64,000 bases of DNA from Spirochaetes bacterium GWB1_36_13 (GTDB taxonomy: Bacteria; Spirochaetota; GWB1-36-13): assembly GCA_001829155.1 (NCBI GenBank), contig MIAO01000061.1:31714-95713 (forward strand), given 5' to 3'. Every line of letters begins with the position of its first letter. Within the stretch, counting starts at the first letter, position 1. Below, piece by piece: positions 9,954-19,662 of this stretch. The notes beneath the pieces were generated by a model that had not been told where the DNA came from, searched no databases, and saw only the letters and a program-made list of their open reading frames with translations. A program made the translations under genes and the position numbers.

Positions 9954-10469
9954 ATGAAAAAAATCACTCTGTTCTTTATTTTGACTTTTGGGCTTCCGTT
10001 GTGCCTTGGGGCGCAAAGCAGCACAACAAAAATAATAAAATTAGGATACATTGACCTTCAAAAAGTGATAAAAACTTATCCTGAAGGAAAAAAAGTCCTT
10101 GATTTTCTAAAAAATCAGAGAGATACTTATGAGAATACAAAAACTCAGATGGAAAATGATATTAAAAAACTGGAAGGCGAACTGGAATCAAAATCAAAAG
10201 AACTTTCAGAAATGCAGGTCAGGGATTATTTAGCCCAGATTGAAGCAAAAAGACAAGAGCTGGAAATCTTTATCAATAACGCCAATAAAGACCTGGAAAA
10301 GAAAGAAAAAGAAATGCTGACCCCAGTTTATCAAAAAGTTCTTGAAACAATCCGGACAGAATCGCCCAATCTTGGATTTAATTTTATTATTGACTACAAA
10401 TATGTTTTGATAGCCGATCCGGAACTGGATATTACAGAAAAAATCATTAAGATACTAGAAGGAAAATGA
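9954..10469 (+). CDS. skp: OmpH/Skp-family periplasmic chaperone (second copy)
   Basis: The MKKITLFFILTFGLPLCLGAQS signal peptide starts at an internal ATG preceded by a GGGGGG RBS (track ORF starts at 9933). Coiled-coil Skp-like body. Confidence 0.6.
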   Translation: MKKITLFFILTFGLPLCLGAQSSTTKIIKLGYIDLQKVIKTYPEGKKVLDFLKNQRDTYENTKTQMENDIKKLEGELESKSKELSEMQVRDYLAQIEAKRQELEIFINNANKDLEKKEKEMLTPVYQKVLETIRTESPNLGFNFIIDYKYVLIADPELDITEKIIKILEGK

Positions 10470-11062
10470 TCAAAAAAATTTTTTTCCTGATTTTTCTGCT
10501 TTCTCATTTCAGAATGCTTTATGCGGTAAATAATCCAAATGATCCCAAGGATCCAAAAGTAGGAACTGATGAGAAAGCGTCTTCTCAAGTTCCAAAAAAT
10601 CAAATAAAAGTCAAGGTTTTCTTTTCAGATAAAAATATAGTCTTTGAAGGAACTGCATCGATTAAAAATTTTAAAATTTTTGTCACAAGTGAAAAAAACG
10701 GGTTTGAATTTTATAAGGAATTTACTCTTGAAAATATTCAGTCTGTCAGCGTAAAAAAATGGCAGGGGTTCAAATATAAAGACAATGCTTTTGTTTTTTA
10801 TCCTTCTGAATACGAAATCAAAGATTTGAAAGGAATCTCCTTTATCTATAAAAAAAACATTCAGGAACTAAATGATTTTGTTTTAGAAACCGATCTTGGA
10901 AAAACTAAAATATTTTCCTATTTTTATGACTACTGGACTGGAAAAGAATGGGAAATGAGCAAACGGAAATCACAAGAATTATCAACCGGAGAACCGCTTC
11001 CAAAAGTAGCGGTAAAATTATTTTTTATCTCAATTTCTCAAAAAGAAGAGAAGAAGATTTAA
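10466..11062 (+). CDS. Hypothetical secreted protein
   Basis: Signal peptide MIKKIFFLIFLLSHFRMLYA. No known motif recognised. Confidence 0.45.
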   Translation: MIKKIFFLIFLLSHFRMLYAVNNPNDPKDPKVGTDEKASSQVPKNQIKVKVFFSDKNIVFEGTASIKNFKIFVTSEKNGFEFYKEFTLENIQSVSVKKWQGFKYKDNAFVFYPSEYEIKDLKGISFIYKKNIQELNDFVLETDLGKTKIFSYFYDYWTGKEWEMSKRKSQELSTGEPLPKVAVKLFFISISQKEEKKI

Positions 11063-11065
11063 AGT

Positions 11066-11449
11066 TTATTGCTTGAAGTAAATTTTTACAGCCTGTATGA
11101 TTGTTTTTGCATAATGTAAGTTCTTTTCAGCTGTTTCTGAATCTATTTCAGACATCGCATCATAATCACCAATTTGACGATCTTCAAACAATGCATGAAT
11201 AAAATTATTAAATTCTTTTGGAAATAAGCCTGTTTTGATAAATTCACGGTTAAAAGCTCCAATTGTTTGTCCATGAGATGAAAAAGTCAGGTTTTTTGAT
11301 AAAAGCAATGCTGAAATGGCATGAAAAACCGCATAATAACTTCTGGAAACAGAGTCATCGTATCTTTTATTTTCAAACTCTAATTCTGCAGTAAAAAGTT
11401 TACTATCTGATTTTTTTAATAGTGCTTGTATTTCTGTCAGTTTTTCCAT
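11066..11449 (-). CDS. HEPN-domain protein (toxin-like partner of the MNT nucleotidyltransferase)
   Basis: 127 aa. It has the HEPN (PF05168-like) helical pattern (SYYAVFHAISALL...FEDRQIGDY). It lies directly downstream of the MNT gene with a 0-nt gap. Confidence 0.7.
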   Translation of the reverse strand: MEKLTEIQALLKKSDSKLFTAELEFENKRYDDSVSRSYYAVFHAISALLLSKNLTFSSHGQTIGAFNREFIKTGLFPKEFNNFIHALFEDRQIGDYDAMSEIDSETAEKNLHYAKTIIQAVKIYFKQ

Positions 11450-11770
11450 TTATATAGAGATACCTTCTTTTCGTATATTTATAGCTATTGGCATATTTTC
11501 TCTTTTTTTCCATTCATTTTCATCATAAATAATACTTGCTAATAAAACATCGAATTGACTGAGTAATTTTACTTCCAGTTTTCTTATTTGCTCAACAATG
11601 AGAGAATCTTTATAAGCAAGTACGATCAAAAAATCATAGTCAGAGCCTTCATGAAAATCTCCTCTGGCTCGAGAACCAAAAAGAAAAAAATTTTTTAAAT
11701 TGTCCTTAAGTTCTTTTTTTAGCAGATGAGCAAAATCTTTTACAATAGAATCAAGCAAACATATCTCCAA
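11450..11770 (-). CDS. Minimal nucleotidyltransferase (MNT, Pol-beta superfamily) antitoxin-like
   Basis: GSRARGDFHEGSDYDFLIV is a GS-x-D-x-D nucleotidyltransferase motif. 106 aa. Confidence 0.75.
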   Translation of the reverse strand: MEICLLDSIVKDFAHLLKKELKDNLKNFFLFGSRARGDFHEGSDYDFLIVLAYKDSLIVEQIRKLEVKLLSQFDVLLASIIYDENEWKKRENMPIAINIRKEGISI

Positions 11771-11819
11771 TAACGGCTCTTTTTTTCAAAATTTAAAAAT
11801 TCCAAGAAGTCAGTTTGTT

Positions 11820-12035
11820 TTAATAATAAAATGATTTTTTAGGTCTGAGTTCCAGATCGTCGTCTGTGTCTTTGTTTTCATTTTCCAATTTTTTCTCAAA
11901 CGCTTCGTCCATCTCATCAAAATTTTCATGATAATAGTCTTTTTGAGGGGGCTCGTCTTTCTTTTCTTTTTTTTCTTCAGCCCAAAGAAAATTAACACAA
12001 AATAAAACTAAAAAGAAAATCAATATTTTTCTCAT
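11820..12035 (-). CDS. Small secreted acidic protein
   Basis: Internal ATG at 12035 has a GAGGAA RBS and yields the signal peptide MRKILIFFLVLFCVNFLWA. The mature part is D/E/K-rich. Confidence 0.4.
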   Translation of the reverse strand: MRKILIFFLVLFCVNFLWAEEKKEKKDEPPQKDYYHENFDEMDEAFEKKLENENKDTDDDLELRPKKSFYY

Positions 12036-12143
12036 TTTTTCCTCTGTAGTATAAGAGTCTTTATTAAATAAATATAATGAAAAATCTAAATAATAAAAAA
12101 AGAATATATTAAATTTAATGATAAAATTATTAAAGGCAATCTT

Positions 12144-13925
12144 ATGAATAAACTGAAAAAAGGAATCAAACAATTTTGTCAGTCTATAACAATCAAAAAA
12201 TATAGTTTTTTTATTGTCGGTGGAACTATTCTATCAAATTTTGTTTCGCTTTTATTTGAAAAAAATTTATTGCAAATCACAAGTGATAATTTAATTGAGC
12301 AGATGCATCTCCTTCCAATCAGTCTTAAAGTGATTAATTTTATTATTAATATTATATTTCCTTTTTCAATTCCAGTTTTTTTGATTTTGAAACATTTTAA
12401 ACCTATTTCTCTTTTTTTAAGAAAAAATCATAAGCCTATGGATTCCTATACTGCCAAAAGAATATTGAACCTTCCTTTAACCATTGGTTTTTTATCAAGT
12501 TTGGGTTGGATTATTTCTTTTGTAGGCATGAGTCTCATGCTTTATATTCTACAATCAGAAAATTATATCAATTTTGAGATTTCTCAATTTCTCATTGGAG
12601 CTCTGATTCATGATCTTATTCTTGGAAGTTTATCATTTGTTGTTTCTTTTTATTTTTTTGAATATATAAACCGAAAGATTTTTATTCCATTTTTTTTCCC
12701 AATGGGAGATATTTCCCATTACACAGGTGTTGTTAATTTATCAACTCGCACTCGGTTTGTTTTTTATTTTTTAGCTATAGTTATTTTTCCTTTTGTGATG
12801 ATATCAATTCATCTTTACGATTTTTTCTGTAATGAAAGTTCTTTTCATCTTTCTCAATTTGGAAAAACATTTTTTATCATTGCTTTATTTTTTATCATTT
12901 CAGGGTTAGTATTAACTTTTCTAATGATTAAATACTATCAAAATCCCTTAAAGGCAATGAAAAACATGACAGAAAAGATCAGGCAGGGGGATTATGAAAC
13001 AAAGATGCAGGTTGTGTCTTCAGATGAACTGGGATATCTGGGAGAAAGTTTGAATCAGATGAGCAGTCAGCTCAAAAATCAGATTACAGAAATAACCAAT
13101 ATGAATAAAAATCTCGAGTGCAAGGTCAGGGAAAGAACTCAGGAACTTGAAGAAGAAAAAAACAAGCTGAAAATCAGGAATGTTGAAATTGAAAAAGAAA
13201 TTGAAATGGCGCGTCAAATTCAAAAGTCATTAATTCCTTCGGTTGAGCCTGCTCCTCATATTGCTTCATTTTATAAGCCGATGAGTCAGGTAGGCGGAGA
13301 TTTTTACGAGTTTATTCCATTTCCGGAGGAAAATAAAATCGGATTTTTTTTAAGCGATGTTTCCGGACATGGAATTCCTGCCGCTTTTATCACATCCATG
13401 ATCAAAAGTTTTATTTTGCAGGCAGGAAATGTCAAAAAAAACCCGGCGGATTTTTTATCTTATCTCAATGAAGGGCTTTACAAGCAGACTGCGGATAATT
13501 TTATCACAGCTTTCTATGGAATTTATTCCTATGAGGATTATTCCATGATTTACGCGAATGCAGGGCACAATCCGCCTTATGTCATTCAAAAAGACAGTGT
13601 TGATTTTCTTCCGATGTTAAAAAAAGGTTTTCCGCTTGCTGTTTTTGACAATCAATTTCTTGAAATGAAAAAAACGCTTTATCAAAATAATAAATTTTTT
13701 TTTCAATCAGGCAATCGGGTCCTTCTTTATACAGACGGGCTTACCGAAACTGTCAATGACTTAAATAAAGAATACTATTTTGAAAATGAGATAGAAGAAA
13801 TATTAAAAGGCTGTTATTCCCTTTCCCCGAAATTATTCATAGAAAATCTTTATCAGAATTTAGCCCGTTTTAGGGGCAATGAGAGTTTTGAGGATGATAT
13901 TTGTATGATTTGTTTTGATGTATAA
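12144..13925 (+). CDS. Membrane sensor with HAMP-like region and PP2C-type (SpoIIE/RsbU-family) serine phosphatase domain
   Basis: N-terminal multi-TM region, then a coiled-coil/HAMP-like segment (SDELGYLGESLNQMSSQLK). C-terminal SpoIIE motifs are GGDFYEF...FFLSDVSGHGIPAA...YTDGLTE. Confidence 0.75.
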   Translation: MNKLKKGIKQFCQSITIKKYSFFIVGGTILSNFVSLLFEKNLLQITSDNLIEQMHLLPISLKVINFIINIIFPFSIPVFLILKHFKPISLFLRKNHKPMDSYTAKRILNLPLTIGFLSSLGWIISFVGMSLMLYILQSENYINFEISQFLIGALIHDLILGSLSFVVSFYFFEYINRKIFIPFFFPMGDISHYTGVVNLSTRTRFVFYFLAIVIFPFVMISIHLYDFFCNESSFHLSQFGKTFFIIALFFIISGLVLTFLMIKYYQNPLKAMKNMTEKIRQGDYETKMQVVSSDELGYLGESLNQMSSQLKNQITEITNMNKNLECKVRERTQELEEEKNKLKIRNVEIEKEIEMARQIQKSLIPSVEPAPHIASFYKPMSQVGGDFYEFIPFPEENKIGFFLSDVSGHGIPAAFITSMIKSFILQAGNVKKNPADFLSYLNEGLYKQTADNFITAFYGIYSYEDYSMIYANAGHNPPYVIQKDSVDFLPMLKKGFPLAVFDNQFLEMKKTLYQNNKFFFQSGNRVLLYTDGLTETVNDLNKEYYFENEIEEILKGCYSLSPKLFIENLYQNLARFRGNESFEDDICMICFDV

Positions 13926-13937
13926 TCTTGAGGAAAA

Positions 13938-14705
13938 ATGAAATCAGGAAGAAAAATTCACCTTGAAGGGATTATTGTTTATTCTATGAATTATGCGGAA
14001 AGTCATAAAATATTCAGAATCTTTACTCCGGATCACGGAATTGTTCCCGCAATGGCTTACGGAGCAAGAAAAATGAAAAGCAAATTCAGGGGAAAACTTG
14101 AGACTCTGAATTGGGTGGAGGGTTCGTTTTCGATTGGCAAAAATTCATTTTATATTCTCGAGGAAGTGGAAATTAAAGTTGTTTTTACTTCTGGTCTTTC
14201 CTATGAAGTTATTTGGAAAATATTTCCTTTTTTAAAGTTTATCAATCTTTCATTTTTTGAAAAAAAAGAAGAAAATATAAAGATTTTTCAAATGTTTGCT
14301 GTTTTTCTTAAGCAGCTCGATAAAGATACAGATGAAAAAAAAATGAATCTTTTAATTTACTCATTCGTAATAAAATATTTAATTATTCATTCAATTGTAA
14401 AAAATCCAAAATACTGTTCCCTCTGCGGCGAAGAAAATCAAAGTGGAATTGCCTGGAATATCAAAAACGGAATGACTGTCTGTAAAAAATGCGCCGTTCC
14501 CGAGTCGATTTACCGTTTTTTTGATCAAAATTTAAAAGAATTTTTAATAAAAATAATTTATTCTAAGTTTGAAGAGATTATATATTTAATAGTGAAAGAT
14601 GATGAACTGGAATTTTTAAGGGAAACGGTTGATTTTTTATTGTTTCATCATCTGAATAAAAAGTGGGAAGATTTTGAAATCAATGAAAATCCTTTTAATT
14701 CTTAA
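13938..14705 (+). CDS. recO: DNA repair protein RecO
   Basis: N-terminal OB-fold pattern (EGIIVYSMNYAESHKIFRIFTPDHG). C-terminal CxxC...CxxC zinc motif (CSLCGEE...CKKCA). Confidence 0.7.
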   Translation: MKSGRKIHLEGIIVYSMNYAESHKIFRIFTPDHGIVPAMAYGARKMKSKFRGKLETLNWVEGSFSIGKNSFYILEEVEIKVVFTSGLSYEVIWKIFPFLKFINLSFFEKKEENIKIFQMFAVFLKQLDKDTDEKKMNLLIYSFVIKYLIIHSIVKNPKYCSLCGEENQSGIAWNIKNGMTVCKKCAVPESIYRFFDQNLKEFLIKIIYSKFEEIIYLIVKDDELEFLRETVDFLLFHHLNKKWEDFEINENPFNS

Positions 14706-15555
14706 TCCTAGATCCGGCAGAAAAAAAGCTTTAAAAGAAAAAGCTTCTCTGGAAAATATTTTAAAAAGCAAAGGGGAAGTCCTGACTTATATTACCAATG
14801 GAAAAACAGATAACGAGGAAATTAGAAAAATAAAAAGAGAAGAACCTCTTATTCAATTGGTTGTCGCCTGCGGAGGCGATGGAACCTTGAATATGGCAAT
14901 GACTGCTTTAAGAGAATCGGATGATCTTTTGTTTATTTTTCTTCCTTACGGGACAATCAATGTTTTTGCCAGAGATAATGGCTATCTGATGAATCCGGTC
15001 AAAGCGCTCGAAAAAATTATAAATGACTGGAATGTGAAGATGATTTATCCCGGATATTCAGGGGATAGATCTTTTATTTTAATGAAAAGTATTGGTTTTG
15101 ATAGTTATCTTGTTGAAAAAGTGGAAACAAAAGGAAAAACATTAATGACTTTTTCTTATGTCATCGCTTTCCTGCAAAATATTTTAAAATATAATTTTAA
15201 AAAAAAATATAAAATTATTTTAGATGGAAAAGAAGAGCATGAAGCAAGTTTTGCGGTTGTGAGTAATTGTAAGAAATACGGAGGTTTTTTCCAATTTACC
15301 CCTCATCCTGTTTTTGATAAAGATTTTTTTTTCGTTGCGCTTTTTTCAGGAAAAAGCTTTTTAGAATTATTATTTTTTATACTGAAAGTTTTTTTTAACA
15401 GGCATATTTATTCTCCAAAAGTAAAAATATTGAAAGCGAAAAAAGTAAGAATTGAAGGGAATGGGAGAACTCAACTGGATGGAGAAATTGGATTTCATCT
15501 TCCGGTTGATATAAAAAAAGGGCGAGGAGTTTATTTTGTTTTACCGAATGAATAA
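14674..15555 (+). CDS. Diacylglycerol-kinase-family lipid kinase (DAGK_cat, YegS-like)
   Basis: LILNPRSGRKKA...VVACGGDGTLN matches the DAGK catalytic-domain glycine motif. Overlaps the recO end. Confidence 0.75.
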   Translation: MKSMKILLILNPRSGRKKALKEKASLENILKSKGEVLTYITNGKTDNEEIRKIKREEPLIQLVVACGGDGTLNMAMTALRESDDLLFIFLPYGTINVFARDNGYLMNPVKALEKIINDWNVKMIYPGYSGDRSFILMKSIGFDSYLVEKVETKGKTLMTFSYVIAFLQNILKYNFKKKYKIILDGKEEHEASFAVVSNCKKYGGFFQFTPHPVFDKDFFFVALFSGKSFLELLFFILKVFFNRHIYSPKVKILKAKKVRIEGNGRTQLDGEIGFHLPVDIKKGRGVYFVLPNE

Positions 15556-16387
15556 AAATTATTTATTTCTTTTTCTTTTATTTCTTTTTATTGGATGCGC
15601 TCAAGACGGCATCGTTTTAACTTCAACTGACTTGTATCAAGACGAAGCGCTTCAAAAGAAAACTGAATATTCTTTAAAAAGAGGAGAATACATTAAGATC
15701 TTAAAATGCAGTCAAAAAACATGCAGAGTAAGTTATGAGAAAAATATTGAAGGATATGTTGCTTTAGACAAGATTTACGGCGGGGAAGTTCAGATTGTGA
15801 CTTTTATCAAAGATACAGATGTGAAACTGAAACCCGATTTAACAGCAAAGACTCTTAAAAAAGCTGAATCGGGTGTTAAAGCGTATTTATTTGGGGAAGA
15901 TAAAATCTGGTCGTTGGTGAATCTGGGAGATGTGCAGGGGTGGGTACTTATGCAGAATCTTTTTAAGGGGGAAAGTCCCATTCGTTTGGAATCAAGTTAT
16001 GATAACACGGTTCTTCAGTGTGAGGGAGAATGGTATATTCCTTCCATTTCGGAAGAAAGGGTTTTCAGCATTGAAAAAGCATTTGATAATAATCCTTCGA
16101 CTTTTGCTATTGTTAAAATTGATTCAGAAATCGAAGTGAATGTTAAAAATATTGATTATCAAAAAGAAAATCTTGTTATTCAGTATGAACCCCAAAAAAA
16201 AATGAACTATAAGCACTTAGCTTTGCCGGAAGAAATCCTTTTGACTTACCCTTTTGAAAAACAATATAATTTAAATTCAAAAATAAGTATTGAATTAAAC
16301 GGAAATAGTTTTAAATTTAAGGTGACAAAAGCTAAAAAAGATTTAGTTTTTCTCAATAATTTTTTTATACAAAAATTAAACAAATAA
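15536..16387 (+). CDS. Hypothetical lipoprotein
   Basis: TTG start with a GAGGAG RBS 6 nt upstream. Lipobox LFIGC. Confidence 0.5.
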   Translation: MFYRMNKNYLFLFLLFLFIGCAQDGIVLTSTDLYQDEALQKKTEYSLKRGEYIKILKCSQKTCRVSYEKNIEGYVALDKIYGGEVQIVTFIKDTDVKLKPDLTAKTLKKAESGVKAYLFGEDKIWSLVNLGDVQGWVLMQNLFKGESPIRLESSYDNTVLQCEGEWYIPSISEERVFSIEKAFDNNPSTFAIVKIDSEIEVNVKNIDYQKENLVIQYEPQKKMNYKHLALPEEILLTYPFEKQYNLNSKISIELNGNSFKFKVTKAKKDLVFLNNFFIQKLNK

Positions 16388-16403
16388 TAAAAAAGGCAGT
16401 GAA

Positions 16404-17408
16404 ATGTTTAAAAAAATCTGGCTTAAGATAAAAAATATCTTTGCCGCAAAACTTCCTGCGACATCAAAACAGCAGCGGATTTTTATCAATAAACAATTGA
16501 ATCATTATGAATCAAATTATCAATTTTTTGAGACTTCAGATGCGAAAATTGCTTATTTTGTAAGAGAAGATGAAAAAAAAGAACCTAAAAAAAATGTTTT
16601 ATTTCTCCATGGAATGACGGAAGATTCTTTAAACTGGTTTTATGCAGTCGAGTATCTCTATATTAAAAGCAGTCATTACCGTTCATTTGCTTTGGATCTT
16701 CCCGGTTTTGGGCAGACACAGTTTGAAAATGAGAGTGTGATTAATCTTCACCGCTATGTAGAAATTATAAAAGAATTTTTAGATTATCATAACATTGATA
16801 AGATTAACCTTGTCGGGCATTCTCTTGGAGGACAGACAGCGGGGCTTTTTGCTTATCATTATCCGGATAGAGTTGAAAAACTGATTCTGGTTGATACCGC
16901 TGGGCTTAGGCGTTTTAATGTTCTTGCATCAGCTTTTTTTAAAGCCATGCCTGTTCCCGGAAATATGCTGAAGCAGATTTCTTATTTAGATTGGGTCAAG
17001 CTTTTATCAAATACTACAATGGTAGAAGATGAGGCTGTTTTTCGGAAGAGTTTTTATGATGTCGCAATTAAACGGAAAAATAATATTACCGAATATATTA
17101 TCACCAGAAACTATCAAAAACTCCTTCAGGACGGATTGAAAAGAGTGAGCGCTATTAAAAAGTCAATGTCAGCTATGCTGGAACCGACAACTTATATAGA
17201 TGATAAACTGCCTAAACTTTCAATCCCGATTTGTTTTCTATGGGGCGAGGAAGATAAGCTGGTACCTTTAAAATATGGAATCCAAGGTTATGATTCCATT
17301 CACTCTATGAATAAAAAGATATTTGTTTTCAAAAAAACAGGGCATTATCCTCTTCTGGAAAGGCCCAGAGACTTTGCGGAAGTTGTTTTCAACTTCTTAG
17401 AACAATAG
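16404..17408 (+). CDS. Alpha/beta-fold hydrolase
   Basis: HGMTED oxyanion region and a GHSLGG nucleophile elbow. Confidence 0.75.
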   Translation: MFKKIWLKIKNIFAAKLPATSKQQRIFINKQLNHYESNYQFFETSDAKIAYFVREDEKKEPKKNVLFLHGMTEDSLNWFYAVEYLYIKSSHYRSFALDLPGFGQTQFENESVINLHRYVEIIKEFLDYHNIDKINLVGHSLGGQTAGLFAYHYPDRVEKLILVDTAGLRRFNVLASAFFKAMPVPGNMLKQISYLDWVKLLSNTTMVEDEAVFRKSFYDVAIKRKNNITEYIITRNYQKLLQDGLKRVSAIKKSMSAMLEPTTYIDDKLPKLSIPICFLWGEEDKLVPLKYGIQGYDSIHSMNKKIFVFKKTGHYPLLERPRDFAEVVFNFLEQ

Positions 17409-17426
17409 AATGCAGGAGTAAGATTT

Positions 17427-18824
17427 ATGTTTATTGATCCAGTTTTTGGGGTAGTCGGTTTAGTGGTCGTGGTCTTGACATTTATTTTTTTAAGGCGTTT
17501 TCTTCATCTGGGGAAAATCGAGAAAATAGAAAAATTGATTGAAGAAAAAAATTTTGACAAGGCAATTGAGCCTCTTAAAAGTATGATTATTAAAGATGAT
17601 GAAAATGTTTTAGCTCATTATTATTTAGGGATTTGTTATTTTAATACCAATAATTATGAATGGGCGATTCCAGAATTTAAAAAGGTGATCCGAAACCCTG
17701 GATTTGGTAAACAGATTAAAGAGATTGAAGTAAGGGAAAAACTGGCAAAAATATATCTTCATTATAATCAGCTGGAAGAAGCTCAAAAAGAATTTTTACT
17801 CATGACACAATTGGACCCTAAAAACTATAAAAACTATTATGAAATAGCTCAGATTCTTCAAAAACAGGGGTTTTTAGACGCTGCTTTGACTTATTACCAG
17901 AAAACTCTGGAAAGAAATCCAAAACTCCCTGAAGCCTATTATAATGTGGGATTAATTTCTTATGACAAAAAAAAATACAACGATGCTCTCAGTCATTTTT
18001 CAGATGCACTAAAATATGATACTGCGCTTCATAAGGCTCATTATTATATTGGAATGATACAATATATGAATAAAAATTATGAAAAGGCTCTTGGAGAATT
18101 TGCATACAGTGAAAGAGACTCTGAGATGAGACCGAAGACGATTCTTCAAAAAGGAAAAATTTATATTGAAATGGGGCAGATGGATAGAGCCATAAATGTT
18201 TTTGACGGGTATCTGAAAAATATCAGCTCGGAAAATTCAGTAACTCTAGCAATGCATTATAATCTTGCATCAGCTTTTGAAATGAAGCGGAATATTATTT
18301 CCGCGATTGAACAATGGGAAAAGATTGTTAAAATTAAACCCAGTTATATGGATGTTCAGGATAAACTTTCCGAATACGAGCATCTTCGGGTGGATGACAG
18401 AATCAAAGACTTTATTGTCGCTTCTAAAGAAGGCTTTCAGATTATGTCGAGAAATATTGTCGAGATGTGGAATTATCAGATTATTAAAGAAGATATGCTG
18501 GATGATGAAAATATAGAGTTTCTTGCCACGGAAGCAGGTTCAAAATGGAGAAATACCAGAAAAATAAGAATCCTGATTCTCATTTCCAGAAAAAACAATA
18601 AAGTAGAAGAAAGGGAACTGGCGAATATTATTGACAATATGAAAATAAATAATACCATGAAGTCAGTTTATGTTTCTGTTTCAGGATTTACCGATAATGC
18701 GAGACAGTATGCTCAAAACAGACCTATTGATCTGATAGATAAGGAAAAAATGACAAAAGTGCTCGAACAGGCCGATATTTATGCAAAAGATAAAATTAAA
18801 AATAAATTAAGCAAAACAGAATAG
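17427..18824 (+). CDS. Membrane-anchored TPR-repeat protein with C-terminal Mrr-like restriction-endonuclease-fold (PD-(D/E)xK) domain
   Basis: N-terminal TM helix (VVGLVVVVLTFIFL). Multiple TPR-like repeats (YYLGICYF, YYNVGLISY, HYYIGMIQY). The C-terminus (FQIMSRNIVEMWNYQII...DDENIEF...SVYVSVSGFTDNARQYAQNRPIDLIDKEKM) resembles the Mrr_cat domain end (...FTxxAxxxAxxxxIxLIDG). Confidence 0.55.
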   Translation: MFIDPVFGVVGLVVVVLTFIFLRRFLHLGKIEKIEKLIEEKNFDKAIEPLKSMIIKDDENVLAHYYLGICYFNTNNYEWAIPEFKKVIRNPGFGKQIKEIEVREKLAKIYLHYNQLEEAQKEFLLMTQLDPKNYKNYYEIAQILQKQGFLDAALTYYQKTLERNPKLPEAYYNVGLISYDKKKYNDALSHFSDALKYDTALHKAHYYIGMIQYMNKNYEKALGEFAYSERDSEMRPKTILQKGKIYIEMGQMDRAINVFDGYLKNISSENSVTLAMHYNLASAFEMKRNIISAIEQWEKIVKIKPSYMDVQDKLSEYEHLRVDDRIKDFIVASKEGFQIMSRNIVEMWNYQIIKEDMLDDENIEFLATEAGSKWRNTRKIRILILISRKNNKVEERELANIIDNMKINNTMKSVYVSVSGFTDNARQYAQNRPIDLIDKEKMTKVLEQADIYAKDKIKNKLSKTE

Positions 18825-18833
18825 GGATAATAT

Positions 18834-19661
18834 ATGATCAAAAGTGACCGAACGCCTGTCTTATGGGTGTCTGAATGGCCTCTCCGTACTTTTTTTCTTT
18901 TTCATTATATTGATGATTTAAATCTTAAAAGTTCAGAAGAAAGAATGGAAATTGTCTGGGCAATTGTGAATAAAATGCTTTTGGCAAAAGATGCGGAAGT
19001 AAACCATTTTTTAGTTTCAGAAGAAATGATTTTGAAAGAAGTAGAAGAGTTAAAAAAACAAGTGGAAGTTAAATTGGCTCTTCAAACTGAAAAACTCGAA
19101 GAAGAAGACCTTTTCTTATTTGTTAAGATTGACCTTTTATCACAGCTTTTTATCAATCAGATAAAAGAAAAAATAAGAGAAGATTTAAAAGGTCGGGAAA
19201 ACGAGATTCGGGACTATTATGAAAAAGCAAATGATTTTATATTAAAAGACGCCTATCTTTTAGAAGCTTTTTCTATTGGAAAAGACAAGGAAAATCTATT
19301 GAGTGAATCTTTTTTTGACAAAGAAAAGCTCTTAAAAGAAGGAATTCAATTTAAAAAAATAGGTTATTTTGATGAAAAAATGCTTGAAGTAAAATTTCCT
19401 GAAAATTATAAAAAAATTCTTGGTAATTCTGAGAAAAAAATTATTTTAATAAGAGAAGATAATGACATTAAGCATTTTATTTATCTTTCCGGACATTATG
19501 AAGAAGTGAAAAAAGACTATGAAGAAGTTGAGGAAGATTTAAAAAATTTCTTTTTTGAACACTCTTTGGAAAATATTTTGGAAGGAATTTATGAAAACCT
19601 TCTTGAAAAATATCCAATAGAGTATAATGAAGATTTTTTTAATCATTTTTTAGGAGATTAG
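18834..19661 (+). CDS. Hypothetical acidic protein (operonic with the TPR-nuclease and REC-STAS-REC genes)
   Basis: 275 aa, E/K-rich. No recognisable motif. 9-nt gap from the upstream gene and a 1-nt gap to the downstream gene. Confidence 0.45.
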   Translation: MIKSDRTPVLWVSEWPLRTFFLFHYIDDLNLKSSEERMEIVWAIVNKMLLAKDAEVNHFLVSEEMILKEVEELKKQVEVKLALQTEKLEEEDLFLFVKIDLLSQLFINQIKEKIREDLKGRENEIRDYYEKANDFILKDAYLLEAFSIGKDKENLLSESFFDKEKLLKEGIQFKKIGYFDEKMLEVKFPENYKKILGNSEKKIILIREDNDIKHFIYLSGHYEEVKKDYEEVEEDLKNFFFEHSLENILEGIYENLLEKYPIEYNEDFFNHFLGD

Positions 19662-19662
19662 T

